From IMG/VR virus record IMGVR_UViG_3300008255_000118, positions 24,333 to 88,332 of that record: a stretch of 64,000 bases of DNA. One strand, given 5' to 3'. Position 1 is the stretch's first letter. Each line of letters starts with the position of its first letter. Origin of the DNA: a virus (taxonomy: Duplodnaviria > Caudoviricetes). Under the pieces are notes generated by a model. It saw nothing but the letters and a program-made list of their open reading frames with translations, ran no database searches and was not told the DNA's origin. Of the stretch, positions 18,310 through 28,623 are shown piece by piece. The translations under genes were made by a program, and so were the position numbers.

Positions 18310-19356
18310 TTATGTTATTTTTACACTTTTAATACTGTTTACTCTAAAACTCAATACTGTTTCAAGATTCTCTAAAGTTAAGAAAATTTCTTGTCTATTC
18401 ATGTCTCCTGGATCTTTTTCTCCTACTAACTTAGCAACAAATACTTTCTCAAACTCTAACATTAGATTGTAGCTATACTGTTTAATACTATCAATAGCAT
18501 CAGGGTCATACATCAATATAACTGTCTTAACCCCTCTATCTCTTATCTTTCTTATCTGAATAGAGGAGATTTTTTTTCCAAATGTACAGAGACACTTAAC
18601 TTCATCAGTCTTATACAGTAGCATTTCTTTATCCATATTAGTTTTATCTAGTATTCCCTCTACTAAAATTACTGTCTGTGTCTTGTCTGTTACTTCGTCA
18701 ATCCCATATAAAGCTTCTGAAAACTCTACTCCCCCTTCATTCTTATACTTAGGGAGAGGCCTTAGCCCCTGTATCTCTCTCTCTTGATTTATCACTCTAT
18801 ACTTCTCTCTACTGAAATCAATTCTAGCAACATAACCTTTGTTCTCACCATCTTCAATAACTAAAAAGATAACATAGTTTCTTAGTTTAGTCTCTATTTT
18901 AGACCTCCCAACATTATATCTCTCAAAACTCTCCTTATCAAAACCTCTAGAGGATAGATATCCATCCTCATATACTCTTCTATATCCCATTGGTGGGTAT
19001 CTCTTCTTTAAAAGATGCTCAATCTTCTCTTCTTTTTCTTTGATCTTTAACTTACTTAAAGTGCCCAGGTCTTCACGATACTCATACTCTGTAATCAAAT
19101 CATCTCTGCCCATAGCCTTAAATAATGCTTTCTCAGATCCCTTAAACCCACATGAACCATGAAAGCAATGTATACTAACATGATTCTTATACTCTCCTTC
19201 TCTGTTCTCATTTAGCTTTACACCAAACTTATCACTCTTGCCACACTTAGGGCACTTAGATCCCATATACCATCCCTTAGCTGTTCTATTTCTGTGTGAT
19301 AGATTTAACAGGTTCAGTACCTTCTCTTGTGTAGTAGTAACATCACTCATACCCAA
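18310..19356 (-). CDS. dnaG: DNA primase (Zn finger + TOPRIM)
   Basis: CPKCG...HCFHGSC, ILVEGILD, MYDPDA, KDPGDM. Confidence 0.9.
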   Translation of the reverse strand: MGMSDVTTTQEKVLNLLNLSHRNRTAKGWYMGSKCPKCGKSDKFGVKLNENREGEYKNHVSIHCFHGSCGFKGSEKALFKAMGRDDLITEYEYREDLGTLSKLKIKEKEEKIEHLLKKRYPPMGYRRVYEDGYLSSRGFDKESFERYNVGRSKIETKLRNYVIFLVIEDGENKGYVARIDFSREKYRVINQEREIQGLRPLPKYKNEGGVEFSEALYGIDEVTDKTQTVILVEGILDKTNMDKEMLLYKTDEVKCLCTFGKKISSIQIRKIRDRGVKTVILMYDPDAIDSIKQYSYNLMLEFEKVFVAKLVGEKDPGDMNRQEIFLTLENLETVLSFRVNSIKSVKIT

Positions 19357-20692
19357 AAGCCTTTACTGATCTAATATGGTCGTAAAATCTCTCTCTACTA
19401 TAGAGAGTAAATATTGGGATGACTCTCTTTAACAACTTATACTTTCTTGTTTTGTCACCATACAATCTAATAATACCCTCTTCATACTCATCCCGAGTTT
19501 GATTTAAGGTAACAAAGTATGAAAATGGCTTTAATAGCCCCTTAAACTCTGAAATATGATATCTAGTTAAAACAAACTCAGGATCATCAGAGTCCTTGTT
19601 ATCTACTGTAGTTGATTGAGTAGCTGTGAAACCTGCTAAATTAAATTCTACAGCTATATTCTTGAATTCATTTGATACAGCTGTTCTTCTAGCTCTCTCA
19701 CCTTCATTACTTGTATCATATCTCTTCCCATTCCCTGGGTCAGCTAATTCTATATAGTCTAAAATTAAGGCATCTATACTCCCTAACTCAACTACTAGTG
19801 ATCTAATCTCTAGCATTGTAGCCGAGTTAAACTGTGAGTAACCCTTTACAAAGATCTCTCCACCTAAATTGCTAATATAGCTACACCCTTTTTTAATTGA
19901 CTCTACTGTCTTATCTGAAAAAATCCCTGACTCTAAGTCTGAAATAGTAGAACCTGTTATCCCAGCATCATAGGCATCTAGTGCCTCTGTTTCTGATCCC
20001 TCTAGCTGTATATGTAACACTCTAAACCCTCTTCTGGATAGTGATATGCCAACCCACTTTAGTAACTTGCTCTTACCTATTCCTGAGCCAGCCATAAAAC
20101 AAGCAGTATCCCCTCTGTCTACTCCACCACCTATTTGAACATCTAAGGGAGTTATACCTGTTGGTAACTTTCTCTGAACTTTTACATTCTCTTTCTCCTT
20201 AGCTTCTTCTCTTCTTTTAAGAAGTCTGTCTACAAGAGAGGCAAAAACTTCAGTATGACCTACGGCTTTCTTAATAGAAAAGTTATCAAGTTCCTCATAA
20301 GCGGATTTTAATAATTCTATCGCTTGATTTTTCTCACCTTTCTGATATAACTCGCCAATCTTATCATAACTATCTATGAATAGATTTAATCTAATAAACT
20401 CTCTTAGCTGCTCTACAGCTTCATCTTGATTGATTAAATCAGCTGACTTTATTTTAGAGAGTACTGTTTGTACTTTCTCTTGCATTTGAAACTTCTGTGA
20501 GAGAATCCCTACTGAAATACAACTATTATTTAGTTCATAGTAGTTCAAAATAGCTTGCCAAACTAGCTTATACTCTTCACCTGGTAAATACTGATACTTA
20601 AGATAATCTCTAGCTAAAACTAGAACTTCTGGCTTTTTTAAACAAATTTTGAACAGCTCATGTAGAAAATCTTTACTTAACTCTTTACTCAT
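19343..20692 (-). CDS. dnaB: Replicative SF4 helicase (DnaB/gp41-like)
   Basis: AGSGIGKS, HIQLEG, LILDYIEL, FTATQS. Confidence 0.88.
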   Translation of the reverse strand: MSKELSKDFLHELFKICLKKPEVLVLARDYLKYQYLPGEEYKLVWQAILNYYELNNSCISVGILSQKFQMQEKVQTVLSKIKSADLINQDEAVEQLREFIRLNLFIDSYDKIGELYQKGEKNQAIELLKSAYEELDNFSIKKAVGHTEVFASLVDRLLKRREEAKEKENVKVQRKLPTGITPLDVQIGGGVDRGDTACFMAGSGIGKSKLLKWVGISLSRRGFRVLHIQLEGSETEALDAYDAGITGSTISDLESGIFSDKTVESIKKGCSYISNLGGEIFVKGYSQFNSATMLEIRSLVVELGSIDALILDYIELADPGNGKRYDTSNEGERARRTAVSNEFKNIAVEFNLAGFTATQSTTVDNKDSDDPEFVLTRYHISEFKGLLKPFSYFVTLNQTRDEYEEGIIRLYGDKTRKYKLLKRVIPIFTLYSRERFYDHIRSVKAFGYE

Positions 20693-20713
20693 TTTACGAT
20701 TCTGATATTACGA

Positions 20714-23506
20714 CTATAAATAACTAAAACTAAACTCCATCTTATCACCTAGTAATGCTCTACATAAGTTCCATAGTGACATTGAAGTATCATCATGTTG
20801 TGTTAAGCTCTCTAGTTTACCTGTCTGTTGTATAAAAGAGATACTATTTAATTCTGAGAAATATAAGTCTGTCATAGCTTTAGCTTTCTTTGACTTATAA
20901 GGAAATCTCATTTTATTAGTTTCAAAAAATACTGCCATTCTTGGAACTCCTAAATATAATGATTTTTTGTTAGCTCCTGTAGTTTTACCTACCACAGGTA
21001 AGTTTTCATCTTTCATCATTTGTACAAATATCTCCTGAAAGTTGTTGTTCTCAACAAACATAATATCAGGAGAAAAGTCTCTATCAATCTTCTTAAGAAC
21101 AGCCATTTGTTCAGAGTAGTTAGCACCCTGTCTCCTCCAACAATTAAAAATGTGAATTTTATTAAACTTATCTAGTCCGCCTACAGTAAAGACACTATAA
21201 TCTGATCCCACATTACCCGAGATAGCAAAATCACAACCTACTGCTATCTTCAAGTAGTCATCCCTATTAATATTATCAATGTTAGAGATAATCTCTCTAT
21301 CTTCTCCACCCTTAATAGCTTTGTTTAGAATAGAGTAGGGAAAGATAGTCGAATCATCAGAAATAGGTTTTACTAGTATCTCTCTGGAGAATATCAAAGA
21401 CCCTAAGACTTCTTTCTTCTCCATAAGAGACTTATAGCTATGTCTTTCCGGGAAAAGTAACTTACCATCGGGGAAGATAGCTGGGTACTCAAACATCTTA
21501 AATATGTTTGTTTGTCTTAGACGATAGTAGAGATCTTTCTCAAAGAAAGGGGTACCAACAGCTATTAGTTGCCCTGATGGAGACAAGGCTGGTAAAACTA
21601 CTCCTGAAAAAATATTCCAATACTTATCTCTTTGATCTTGTGAGTAGATAGATGAATCATTCAAAAAGTCATCTAGTACTATCCAAGTAGGGTGGTACCC
21701 CCTTATTTTAGAATTAGCAGATTTAATTACCAAACTTGAACCATTCTTACACTCTATATGGTCAGAGCCCCAAGTACTCTCTCTACCTATTGGCTTAAGC
21801 CTCTCTTTTAGTATATCATTAGAGTCTATCTCAGTTTGTATGATATCCATTAAGTGTCTAGCTAACCCATACTCATTTGTAATAAGCATCCCTTCTCTAG
21901 CCATAGAGAGATCTCTACTCTTATTACTCTCATAATTTAGCATAAGTTTCTGATTCTCTTTAATAGGCTGATATCTATACATCTGCCATAAAGGGTAGGC
22001 ATAGCTAAAATGATAAGAATTATGAGTAACAGTACCATCGCCTAAGACAAATCTGTTGTCCCCATCTACAGCAATAGATATATATTCTCCTTCTTCTAGC
22101 TCTTCTATATCTAAAGTTGATACATTTGAGATATCATAATTCACACTATCACCAGTATAGACCTTTGGCCTTCTAAACATTGAGTTTGATAACTCTGTAT
22201 CTTTTATCCTCTTTCTATCTAATAATACTGGTAAATCTAGTAGTTTTTCACCACATATCTTAAGCCTGATTGACTCAAACTTCCTCCCACTTTTCGTAAA
22301 ACTACTCCATTCACTCTTTCTAACACAGTGTAAACCTAATGTATAGCATAGATTCTCTATATCATCTATTAGTCTACTATGTTTTACACTCTGTGTGATG
22401 ATTAGTTGATTATCTTCAACACTACCATCAGAATCAGCTAACCCTGCTAGAACTCCCATTCTGACTTCAACTGAATTAAGTATAAAGTCTTCAGGGATAT
22501 ATTTTTCACTGGTTAGATCATATTTCTTAAACAGTGAATTAATTGGATTCTTTCTACCTCTAGTACCACTTAAGTATCTAGCACACTGATCTTCCCTAGT
22601 CTTTAGATCTAAGCCTAATTCTCCCCCATATGTAGTTAAGTAGCCAACAATCTTCTTATCTACTGTGCTAATCTCTTGAGGGATACTCTGTGTACCATCT
22701 CCTAACCATAACCCTAAATAATAGGGATCTAGATATATTTTCTTATATGGCAGTGAGAGGCAAACTTTGTACCCTTTATGTAGATTCTTAAAGTCTCTGG
22801 GTGAATTGATAAAATCTTTGATTTCTACATCTATAAGCTCTGGCACTCTGCTAGAGGGATTTACTCTCCCATCTGGAGTTCTCCACTTTCTATATAGTGA
22901 TAGTATATGCCTACTATTAACTGTATAAGAGTTTCCTCTAGATTGGTTCACTCTATACATTTTGTCTCTCCCTCTATAAGCTCCTATAACTTTTCTAGAT
23001 ACTGAATCAGGGCCCATAAGTAGATCTCCAATCCTAATTTCACCAGCTAGTTTTATAGTGCCATCTCCCATTCTCACTGAAGTTTCTCCTGAAATCGACT
23101 TACCATGGTCCCTTGCCGCCAAGACCCCTAAAAGCCTATATATTTGTAATAGATTACTCCACTCCAGATTATGCCAACCTAGAATAAAGTCAGGCAATAG
23201 AGATGATATAAAGTAGTTCAACAACTTACATCTAAGTGTCTCCTCTACACTTTCTGTTAAGCCAGATACATAAGTAAATGAAGTTGAATCAAGAATTTTA
23301 TTCTGAGTAGTTACTATATCAAAAGTTTCTTTGAATATCTGTTGAATAACTTTATCTATATCTGATTCTTGACCGCCTGATAGCCCTAGAATAGCTTTTT
23401 CATCTAAGAGATCTACAATATCTTCTACAAGACTCATAGTTTCTCTTAATTGCTTAATGGGGACAGCTTTATCTTTTGAATTAGCAAATAGGGAGTCTAT
23501 TATCAT
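20714..23506 (-). CDS. terL: Terminase large subunit with LAGLIDADG intein
   Basis: AARDHGK|S Walker A, IRGYHP..IVLDD, VGTP, VGCDFA, VENNNFQE, HDDT.MSLW. Confidence 0.92.
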   Translation of the reverse strand: MIIDSLFANSKDKAVPIKQLRETMSLVEDIVDLLDEKAILGLSGGQESDIDKVIQQIFKETFDIVTTQNKILDSTSFTYVSGLTESVEETLRCKLLNYFISSLLPDFILGWHNLEWSNLLQIYRLLGVLAARDHGKSISGETSVRMGDGTIKLAGEIRIGDLLMGPDSVSRKVIGAYRGRDKMYRVNQSRGNSYTVNSRHILSLYRKWRTPDGRVNPSSRVPELIDVEIKDFINSPRDFKNLHKGYKVCLSLPYKKIYLDPYYLGLWLGDGTQSIPQEISTVDKKIVGYLTTYGGELGLDLKTREDQCARYLSGTRGRKNPINSLFKKYDLTSEKYIPEDFILNSVEVRMGVLAGLADSDGSVEDNQLIITQSVKHSRLIDDIENLCYTLGLHCVRKSEWSSFTKSGRKFESIRLKICGEKLLDLPVLLDRKRIKDTELSNSMFRRPKVYTGDSVNYDISNVSTLDIEELEEGEYISIAVDGDNRFVLGDGTVTHNSYHFSYAYPLWQMYRYQPIKENQKLMLNYESNKSRDLSMAREGMLITNEYGLARHLMDIIQTEIDSNDILKERLKPIGRESTWGSDHIECKNGSSLVIKSANSKIRGYHPTWIVLDDFLNDSSIYSQDQRDKYWNIFSGVVLPALSPSGQLIAVGTPFFEKDLYYRLRQTNIFKMFEYPAIFPDGKLLFPERHSYKSLMEKKEVLGSLIFSREILVKPISDDSTIFPYSILNKAIKGGEDREIISNIDNINRDDYLKIAVGCDFAISGNVGSDYSVFTVGGLDKFNKIHIFNCWRRQGANYSEQMAVLKKIDRDFSPDIMFVENNNFQEIFVQMMKDENLPVVGKTTGANKKSLYLGVPRMAVFFETNKMRFPYKSKKAKAMTDLYFSELNSISFIQQTGKLESLTQHDDTSMSLWNLCRALLGDKMEFSFSYL
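22019..23098 (-). mobile_element. 360-aa intein with LAGLIDADG homing endonuclease in TerL (Ser1 ... VTHN/S)
   Basis: SISGETSVRMGDG start, VNSRHIL block B, LGLWLGDG and LAGLADSDG, GTVTHN end, +1 Ser of Walker A. Confidence 0.93.
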
Positions 23507-24192
23507 ACAAGTCTGAACTTATCTCTAAATCTGTTTTCATCTTCTATCACAACTCTCTGGCCTACTCCTCTTACTGATTCGATAAAATACTTAACAAGGC
23601 TTAAATTACCCTCCACATCATTCATTGCCCTATGTGCATCTACTATAGGGCGCCCTATATATTTACAACAAGTCCCTAGTGTATGATCTTTATAAGGGTA
23701 GTCAGAGTAGCCAAAGTATCGTCTTGCCTCTTTCATAGTATCAATAGTCTCTTTTTGTGAAACATATTTAAAGAAGTCAACTTTATGTTCTTTTAGAAAC
23801 TGTTCTATAAAAGGGATATCAAATGAATCAATGTTATGTCCACACAGTATTGGCTTTCTATCTGGTACTACAGAAATGCCTGGCTTGGACTCTACTTTCA
23901 TAGACTCAAAGAAAGCTACCATCTCTAGTACTACTTGAGCACTGTCAATCCCTCTTTTTTCAATCTCTCCCATAGTGAAGCCATTAGCTTTAAAAGCTCC
24001 CTGGGAGTACTCTTTTTCATCATTATATGGCAGTACTACCCACTCACAACGGCCTATCTCTTTTAGATTATTATCAATTGCGATAGCTGCAAACTCTATC
24101 AAAGGATTCTTTACAGGACTAAACCCACCTGTTTCTAAATCAAATACGATAATGTTTGGGTACTCTTTTCTGTTAGTATGGTCTGTACTCAT
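23503..24192 (-). CDS. DEDDh 3'-5' exonuclease (DnaQ-like)
   Basis: VFDLETGG, GHNI..FDIPFI, HRAMNDV. Confidence 0.9.
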   Translation of the reverse strand: MSTDHTNRKEYPNIIVFDLETGGFSPVKNPLIEFAAIAIDNNLKEIGRCEWVVLPYNDEKEYSQGAFKANGFTMGEIEKRGIDSAQVVLEMVAFFESMKVESKPGISVVPDRKPILCGHNIDSFDIPFIEQFLKEHKVDFFKYVSQKETIDTMKEARRYFGYSDYPYKDHTLGTCCKYIGRPIVDAHRAMNDVEGNLSLVKYFIESVRGVGQRVVIEDENRFRDKFRLV

Positions 24193-24198
24193 AGACTA

Positions 24199-24465
24199 CT
24201 AATTTTCTCTAACTATTCTGACAAACTTAATACCAGTATTCAGTACCCTAATGTACTCTAACTTATCACCGCCATACTTATTAGGGAGTCTACCTCTTCT
24301 AACAAACTCTTTCCCTTCATGAGGAGTAAAACTAGCTTCACTAGATTTGCTATACTTCTCTGTTAGATATTTAGCAAATTCTGTTAAAGTATAGCAATCT
24401 TTATCTACCATACTCTCTTCTACCTCAATAATAAATTCATCTTCTTGTTTTTCTTTCTGTTTCAT
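24199..24465 (-). CDS. Hypothetical protein, possible helix-turn-helix DNA binder
   Basis: 88-aa ORF; YTLTEFAKYL...RRGRLP resembles a MerR/excisionase-type HTH. Confidence 0.45.
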   Translation of the reverse strand: MKQKEKQEDEFIIEVEESMVDKDCYTLTEFAKYLTEKYSKSSEASFTPHEGKEFVRRGRLPNKYGGDKLEYIRVLNTGIKFVRIVREN

Positions 24466-24477
24466 CTTTTCATCTCT

Positions 24478-24993
24478 TTAAATAAACTTAACCCCATAGG
24501 ATATCAGTTTTTGTTTTAAAATTTCTAGCTCTTTGTCTCTAGCTTCTTCTTTCTTATATTCCAGTCTTACTGACTTGCCCCTATTAGGGTATTGTTCTCT
24601 ACTATTTATCTCAATATAAAATACATTACACAATCTTGTTACGCTCCACCCATAATCTACTCTAATTAGTGATATTAGACTAACTCTAAAGATTGATCCA
24701 GCAAAGGTAATAAAGACTGCTGCCTCTTCTTCTTTACTCTCTTTATCTAGTTCCACAGAATGTTCAATCCCTTCATTTTTTGTAAAGGCTCTAACTCTAT
24801 CAATAAACTTAGAATCTCTCTCTACCTTCCACTTAGACAATAGTCCAGCTATTTCAAACTGCTCTAAGTCTATGTGATAATCTATAAGCAGATCAATAAT
24901 CTCTGCATCTAAAACAGAAATACTAGACTTCCCATCTACTACTGTACCATCATATCTATCTGAAACTACTCTTAAGTGACTACGGCCTATCAT
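24478..24993 (-). CDS. Hypothetical protein
   Basis: 171-aa ORF in operon. Confidence 0.6.
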   Translation of the reverse strand: MIGRSHLRVVSDRYDGTVVDGKSSISVLDAEIIDLLIDYHIDLEQFEIAGLLSKWKVERDSKFIDRVRAFTKNEGIEHSVELDKESKEEEAAVFITFAGSIFRVSLISLIRVDYGWSVTRLCNVFYIEINSREQYPNRGKSVRLEYKKEEARDKELEILKQKLISYGVKFI

Positions 24994-25501
24994 ATTTGCT
25001 AAACTTTATCATATAATATTGAGGATCTAACTCTTTTACTAACATTAATATTTCTTCTTTGTCTCTAAAGTTATCAATTCTCCCTTGTTCATACTCATCA
25101 TGACACCCTAGATTATCATCAAATGTCATACACTGAATCTTGATGTTTCTTTTTTCAGTTATAAGATCTCTCCTTCTACTTCTAGGTACTAAATGTGAGT
25201 AACTTAAAAACTCTGTAGAGCCACAGCTTTCACATCTATGTCCTCTCTCCTTGCTAATCTCTTGACAAACCTTCTGATATTTTATCTGCTCTTGTATTCT
25301 CTTACTAGATACAGCTTTCATTGGTTTACTGGCCAACTGTTTCTTAAACTCATTAAGAGACTCTTTCTTTCTAGGTAATTTACTGTTATCTAGTCTCTCT
25401 CTATTCTTCTGTTCACACAAGTACTTAGTCTTGTTTACTATTGGCATTCTCTTCCCACAATCACACTTACTACAATAATCAAAAACTACTTCTCCAAACA
25501 T
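24980..25501 (-). CDS. HNH-family Zn-binding endonuclease-like protein
   Basis: CESCG...SHLVPRS...NI...C...CH. Confidence 0.7.
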   Translation of the reverse strand: MFGEVVFDYCSKCDCGKRMPIVNKTKYLCEQKNRERLDNSKLPRKKESLNEFKKQLASKPMKAVSSKRIQEQIKYQKVCQEISKERGHRCESCGSTEFLSYSHLVPRSRRRDLITEKRNIKIQCMTFDDNLGCHDEYEQGRIDNFRDKEEILMLVKELDPQYYMIKFSKYDRP

Positions 25502-26019
25502 CTCTCTGTCTTTATTTCTCTACAACTATTCTTAAAATTACAAATCATACACTCTACACAAGTTCTATCATATAAGGTTGTTGTTTCCATACAGAAAACT
25601 AACCCAGCAGGTGTATTATGGAATCTCTTTCTATCAAGACTACTACCCATTTTTAAGGTTTTATACTGATTCTGAAATATCTTCGTATATTGTATATCAT
25701 GTTTTCTTAAGAAAGAATCATCTACATAACTCATCTCTGTCTTCTTAGAATCTTTTAGGTATCTTTCTAAGGAGGTCTTACCAAAAATATTGGAAATGGA
25801 ATACTTGCTAAAACTTCTTGAAGACTCTCTATACTGGAACTGGTTAGACATATACTTAAATAAATATGATGTCCCTACTAACTTCAAGTTATACGTAAGA
25901 TGTAGAGCTAGAAGGAAATTCGTTATAGTCTCTCTATCTCTGCTCTGATACTGAAACTTCTCTCCAAGTCTACTTAGGAAATACTTATAGATCAATAATA
26001 GTTTTTGTCTCTTACTCAC
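25486..26019 (-). CDS. Hypothetical protein with Cys-rich C-terminus
   Basis: 177 aa; CVECMICNFKNSC. Confidence 0.6.
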   Translation of the reverse strand: MSKRQKLLLIYKYFLSRLGEKFQYQSRDRETITNFLLALHLTYNLKLVGTSYLFKYMSNQFQYRESSRSFSKYSISNIFGKTSLERYLKDSKKTEMSYVDDSFLRKHDIQYTKIFQNQYKTLKMGSSLDRKRFHNTPAGLVFCMETTTLYDRTCVECMICNFKNSCREIKTERCLEK

Positions 26020-26092
26020 TTTTATTCTTCTAAGAGTATAAAATTAATAATTTTATTTCTATTATTAAAAGTAAAAGACTATAGAATTAATA

Positions 26093-26674
26093 CTAGACTG
26101 CAGGTATCTCAACAAAATCAATCTTTAGCTTATACAACTCTTCTCTCTTAATCTCTTGCCCAGCCTCCATTTGTGCCTGTAGAACATCACATTCTGGACA
26201 ATCAAGACTAGACAAGGAAGATGGTCTAGCTATCACTCTCTGTAACCATATCCCTAAATAGTCCCCTACCTTCCAAGTAAGGCCTGTTACTGAAATACTC
26301 TCTAAGTTAGTTAAGGGTACTAGAGTGCCTATAGTAGGGATAGATTCAGAGTCATCTAACTCTTCAAAGTAATAACCTAAGGAAGACCCTTGTGCTGGCA
26401 TAATTAAAAATGCATTAAAGGCACTAATAGTATCTGCCTCTAACTCTATGCCTAAAGTAATCTCAGAGATAGATAACTGCCCCTCATTCTTAATGGCAAT
26501 ACATCTCATCTCCTCCAGTCCCTTAGAAACTGTTGTTTCTGAGATACTTCTAAATAAGTTTCCCATCTTCTTATTTGGTATCTTTGAACTTGAGATATTA
26601 CCTCCAAGTGATTTACCAGGTAGATTCTGTTTCCCAAAGTATTTTTTTGCTCCAGTATAGTATAGTCCTATCAT
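26093..26674 (-). CDS. Putative virion/tail-associated protein
   Basis: Last gene of tail operon; beta-rich 193 aa. Confidence 0.5.
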   Translation of the reverse strand: MIGLYYTGAKKYFGKQNLPGKSLGGNISSSKIPNKKMGNLFRSISETTVSKGLEEMRCIAIKNEGQLSISEITLGIELEADTISAFNAFLIMPAQGSSLGYYFEELDDSESIPTIGTLVPLTNLESISVTGLTWKVGDYLGIWLQRVIARPSSLSSLDCPECDVLQAQMEAGQEIKREELYKLKIDFVEIPAV

Positions 26675-26684
26675 CGTTATGTTA

Positions 26685-28601
26685 TTATAAGATTCTCATT
26701 ATTTTATAAACCACTAAGTATGGTTGTAAGTTTGGGTGTGCCTCTGCTGCGGGGCTTGAACTAATTGCTACAGTAATATTAGAACTTGTTAATTCTGTTT
26801 TAGCAGCTAAGTCAGTATCCATAATCATCGTTCTTCTAGAACCTTCACCACTACCCCCTGGATTAGAATAGTCAGGAGTTCCCATCACTCCCTTCTTGAC
26901 TAACATGTTATGTCGATGCTGACTATCAGTTACTGCAGCATCATGTGTATGTGGACCATTCTGTGACCCTGATAGAGTTACTGTTTTAACGCCCCCTGTA
27001 GCTGAAATTGTATCAAAATCAACATCAACGGGGTTCAAGCCTACTGCAACTCTACCTTGAAAATTAGGTGTTAGCTGTCCATATAGAGGTGAATCTACAT
27101 TTGTTATTTCTCTACCATCACAAATGACCCAGTTAGTAGGGACATCAGATTCAGAACCCGTATAGTCTATTATTCCCCCTATTGGTAGTATTGAATCAAG
27201 TACTGTAATAATTGTAGAGGCTCTTCTCTTTATGTTTAGTATTCCCCCTGTTGAGGTGTCTAGAGTATTTGAGCTCTGAACTCCCTCTGAAGTAAAGTTG
27301 TCCTCTGGTATATAGGGACCTGTGTTAAGTAAGTTTACAGCACTATTACCAACATTACTCTTAAGATGTCTGTATGAAATTTTTATAGTAGAATTTGACT
27401 CGACCTCTACTGTACATGATCTCATATTAGAGTCAAAAGAAAAAGTTTTTGTAATATTAGAGTCAGTTACACTCTCAATTGAAATTTGAATAGTTTCACA
27501 GTCTGGTACAATATAGAGAGGGCCAGTTAAGTTACTACTTGTTATAGTTGTTAGCAACTTAGCTACTCCGCCTGATATATTTACTGATAAAATCTTACTT
27601 ACTTTCCCATCTGGGAAGACTACTCTCCAACCGACTAATAAATTTTCATCAATAAGTTCAGCAATACTCTGCCAAATACCACCTTTAACAGATCCCACAG
27701 TTATTTCTCCTGAACTATCAATTGACCAACCACCTGAACTAGAAACTAGACCCCAGCCTATCTGTATTGTATTATTTAGCCCTGAGCTGTTTAAGCTACT
27801 ATACTTAACCCACTCAGTACCAATAATAGGGTTTACTTTTGATACTCTATTATTGATTAAAGAAAATCTATTTGAATCTCTAGAATCTTTAATAGTAACA
27901 ACCCCACCACTGTTTACAACTGAGCCTAATAGGAACTCAAGTTGATTATCAGATAAATCTGTTAAGGATACTTTAATTAAGTAAGAATCATTTAAAAAGG
28001 GATACTTATTACTTTCATCTATAACGATTGAAGGAGTAAAAGTACCTACTACTGAGTATTTAATACCCGTTTCAGCAACTAATATGCCTGGTACAACATT
28101 CAGATAAGCTAACTCATTACTTATAATAGAAGCTATCTCATACTCACTTATGTTATTTGAGGAGTTAGTAAATCTTATCTTAGTAGGTAGTCTTGAAGAA
28201 ACTCCTCTAAGTATTGATAAAAACTCTGTACCAATACCTGCTATACTGCCTTCTGGTGTTATAGATACTGTTCCCTTCTCCTCTAGTGTCTGTTTATAAG
28301 AAATAGTAATAAAGTACTCATTACTATCATCAGGGACAGTAATAGCATTCACTATATCCTCATCTACAGAGATATATTCATGATTCTTATTAACTGCTAA
28401 GCCTGACTTAACAGAAACTTTCCCACTACTACCAGGAAATAGTCTTAGTGAACTTGACAACTTATCATTGATAACTATCCCATAGTTATTTACAACGACT
28501 TTACTTAAGGTAAGATAGCCCCTTTCTCTATATGACTTATCTAGTTTCTTGAATTCTGGTATGCCTAGTAGCAAATCTGTACCCAACTTTACTTGACTCA
28601 T
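26685..28601 (-). CDS. Baseplate/tail fibre protein with C-terminal tail-collar domain
   Basis: PIGGIIDY.G....P.NW.ICDG...PNFQGRV.VG...GG.K.VTL...HTH...H.NLQPY..V..IMR. Confidence 0.75.
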   Translation of the reverse strand: MSQVKLGTDLLLGIPEFKKLDKSYRERGYLTLSKVVVNNYGIVINDKLSSSLRLFPGSSGKVSVKSGLAVNKNHEYISVDEDIVNAITVPDDSNEYFITISYKQTLEEKGTVSITPEGSIAGIGTEFLSILRGVSSRLPTKIRFTNSSNNISEYEIASIISNELAYLNVVPGILVAETGIKYSVVGTFTPSIVIDESNKYPFLNDSYLIKVSLTDLSDNQLEFLLGSVVNSGGVVTIKDSRDSNRFSLINNRVSKVNPIIGTEWVKYSSLNSSGLNNTIQIGWGLVSSSGGWSIDSSGEITVGSVKGGIWQSIAELIDENLLVGWRVVFPDGKVSKILSVNISGGVAKLLTTITSSNLTGPLYIVPDCETIQISIESVTDSNITKTFSFDSNMRSCTVEVESNSTIKISYRHLKSNVGNSAVNLLNTGPYIPEDNFTSEGVQSSNTLDTSTGGILNIKRRASTIITVLDSILPIGGIIDYTGSESDVPTNWVICDGREITNVDSPLYGQLTPNFQGRVAVGLNPVDVDFDTISATGGVKTVTLSGSQNGPHTHDAAVTDSQHRHNMLVKKGVMGTPDYSNPGGSGEGSRRTMIMDTDLAAKTELTSSNITVAISSSPAAEAHPNLQPYLVVYKIMRIL

Positions 28602-28623
28602 AACTTTATTTTTTATTATTCTA

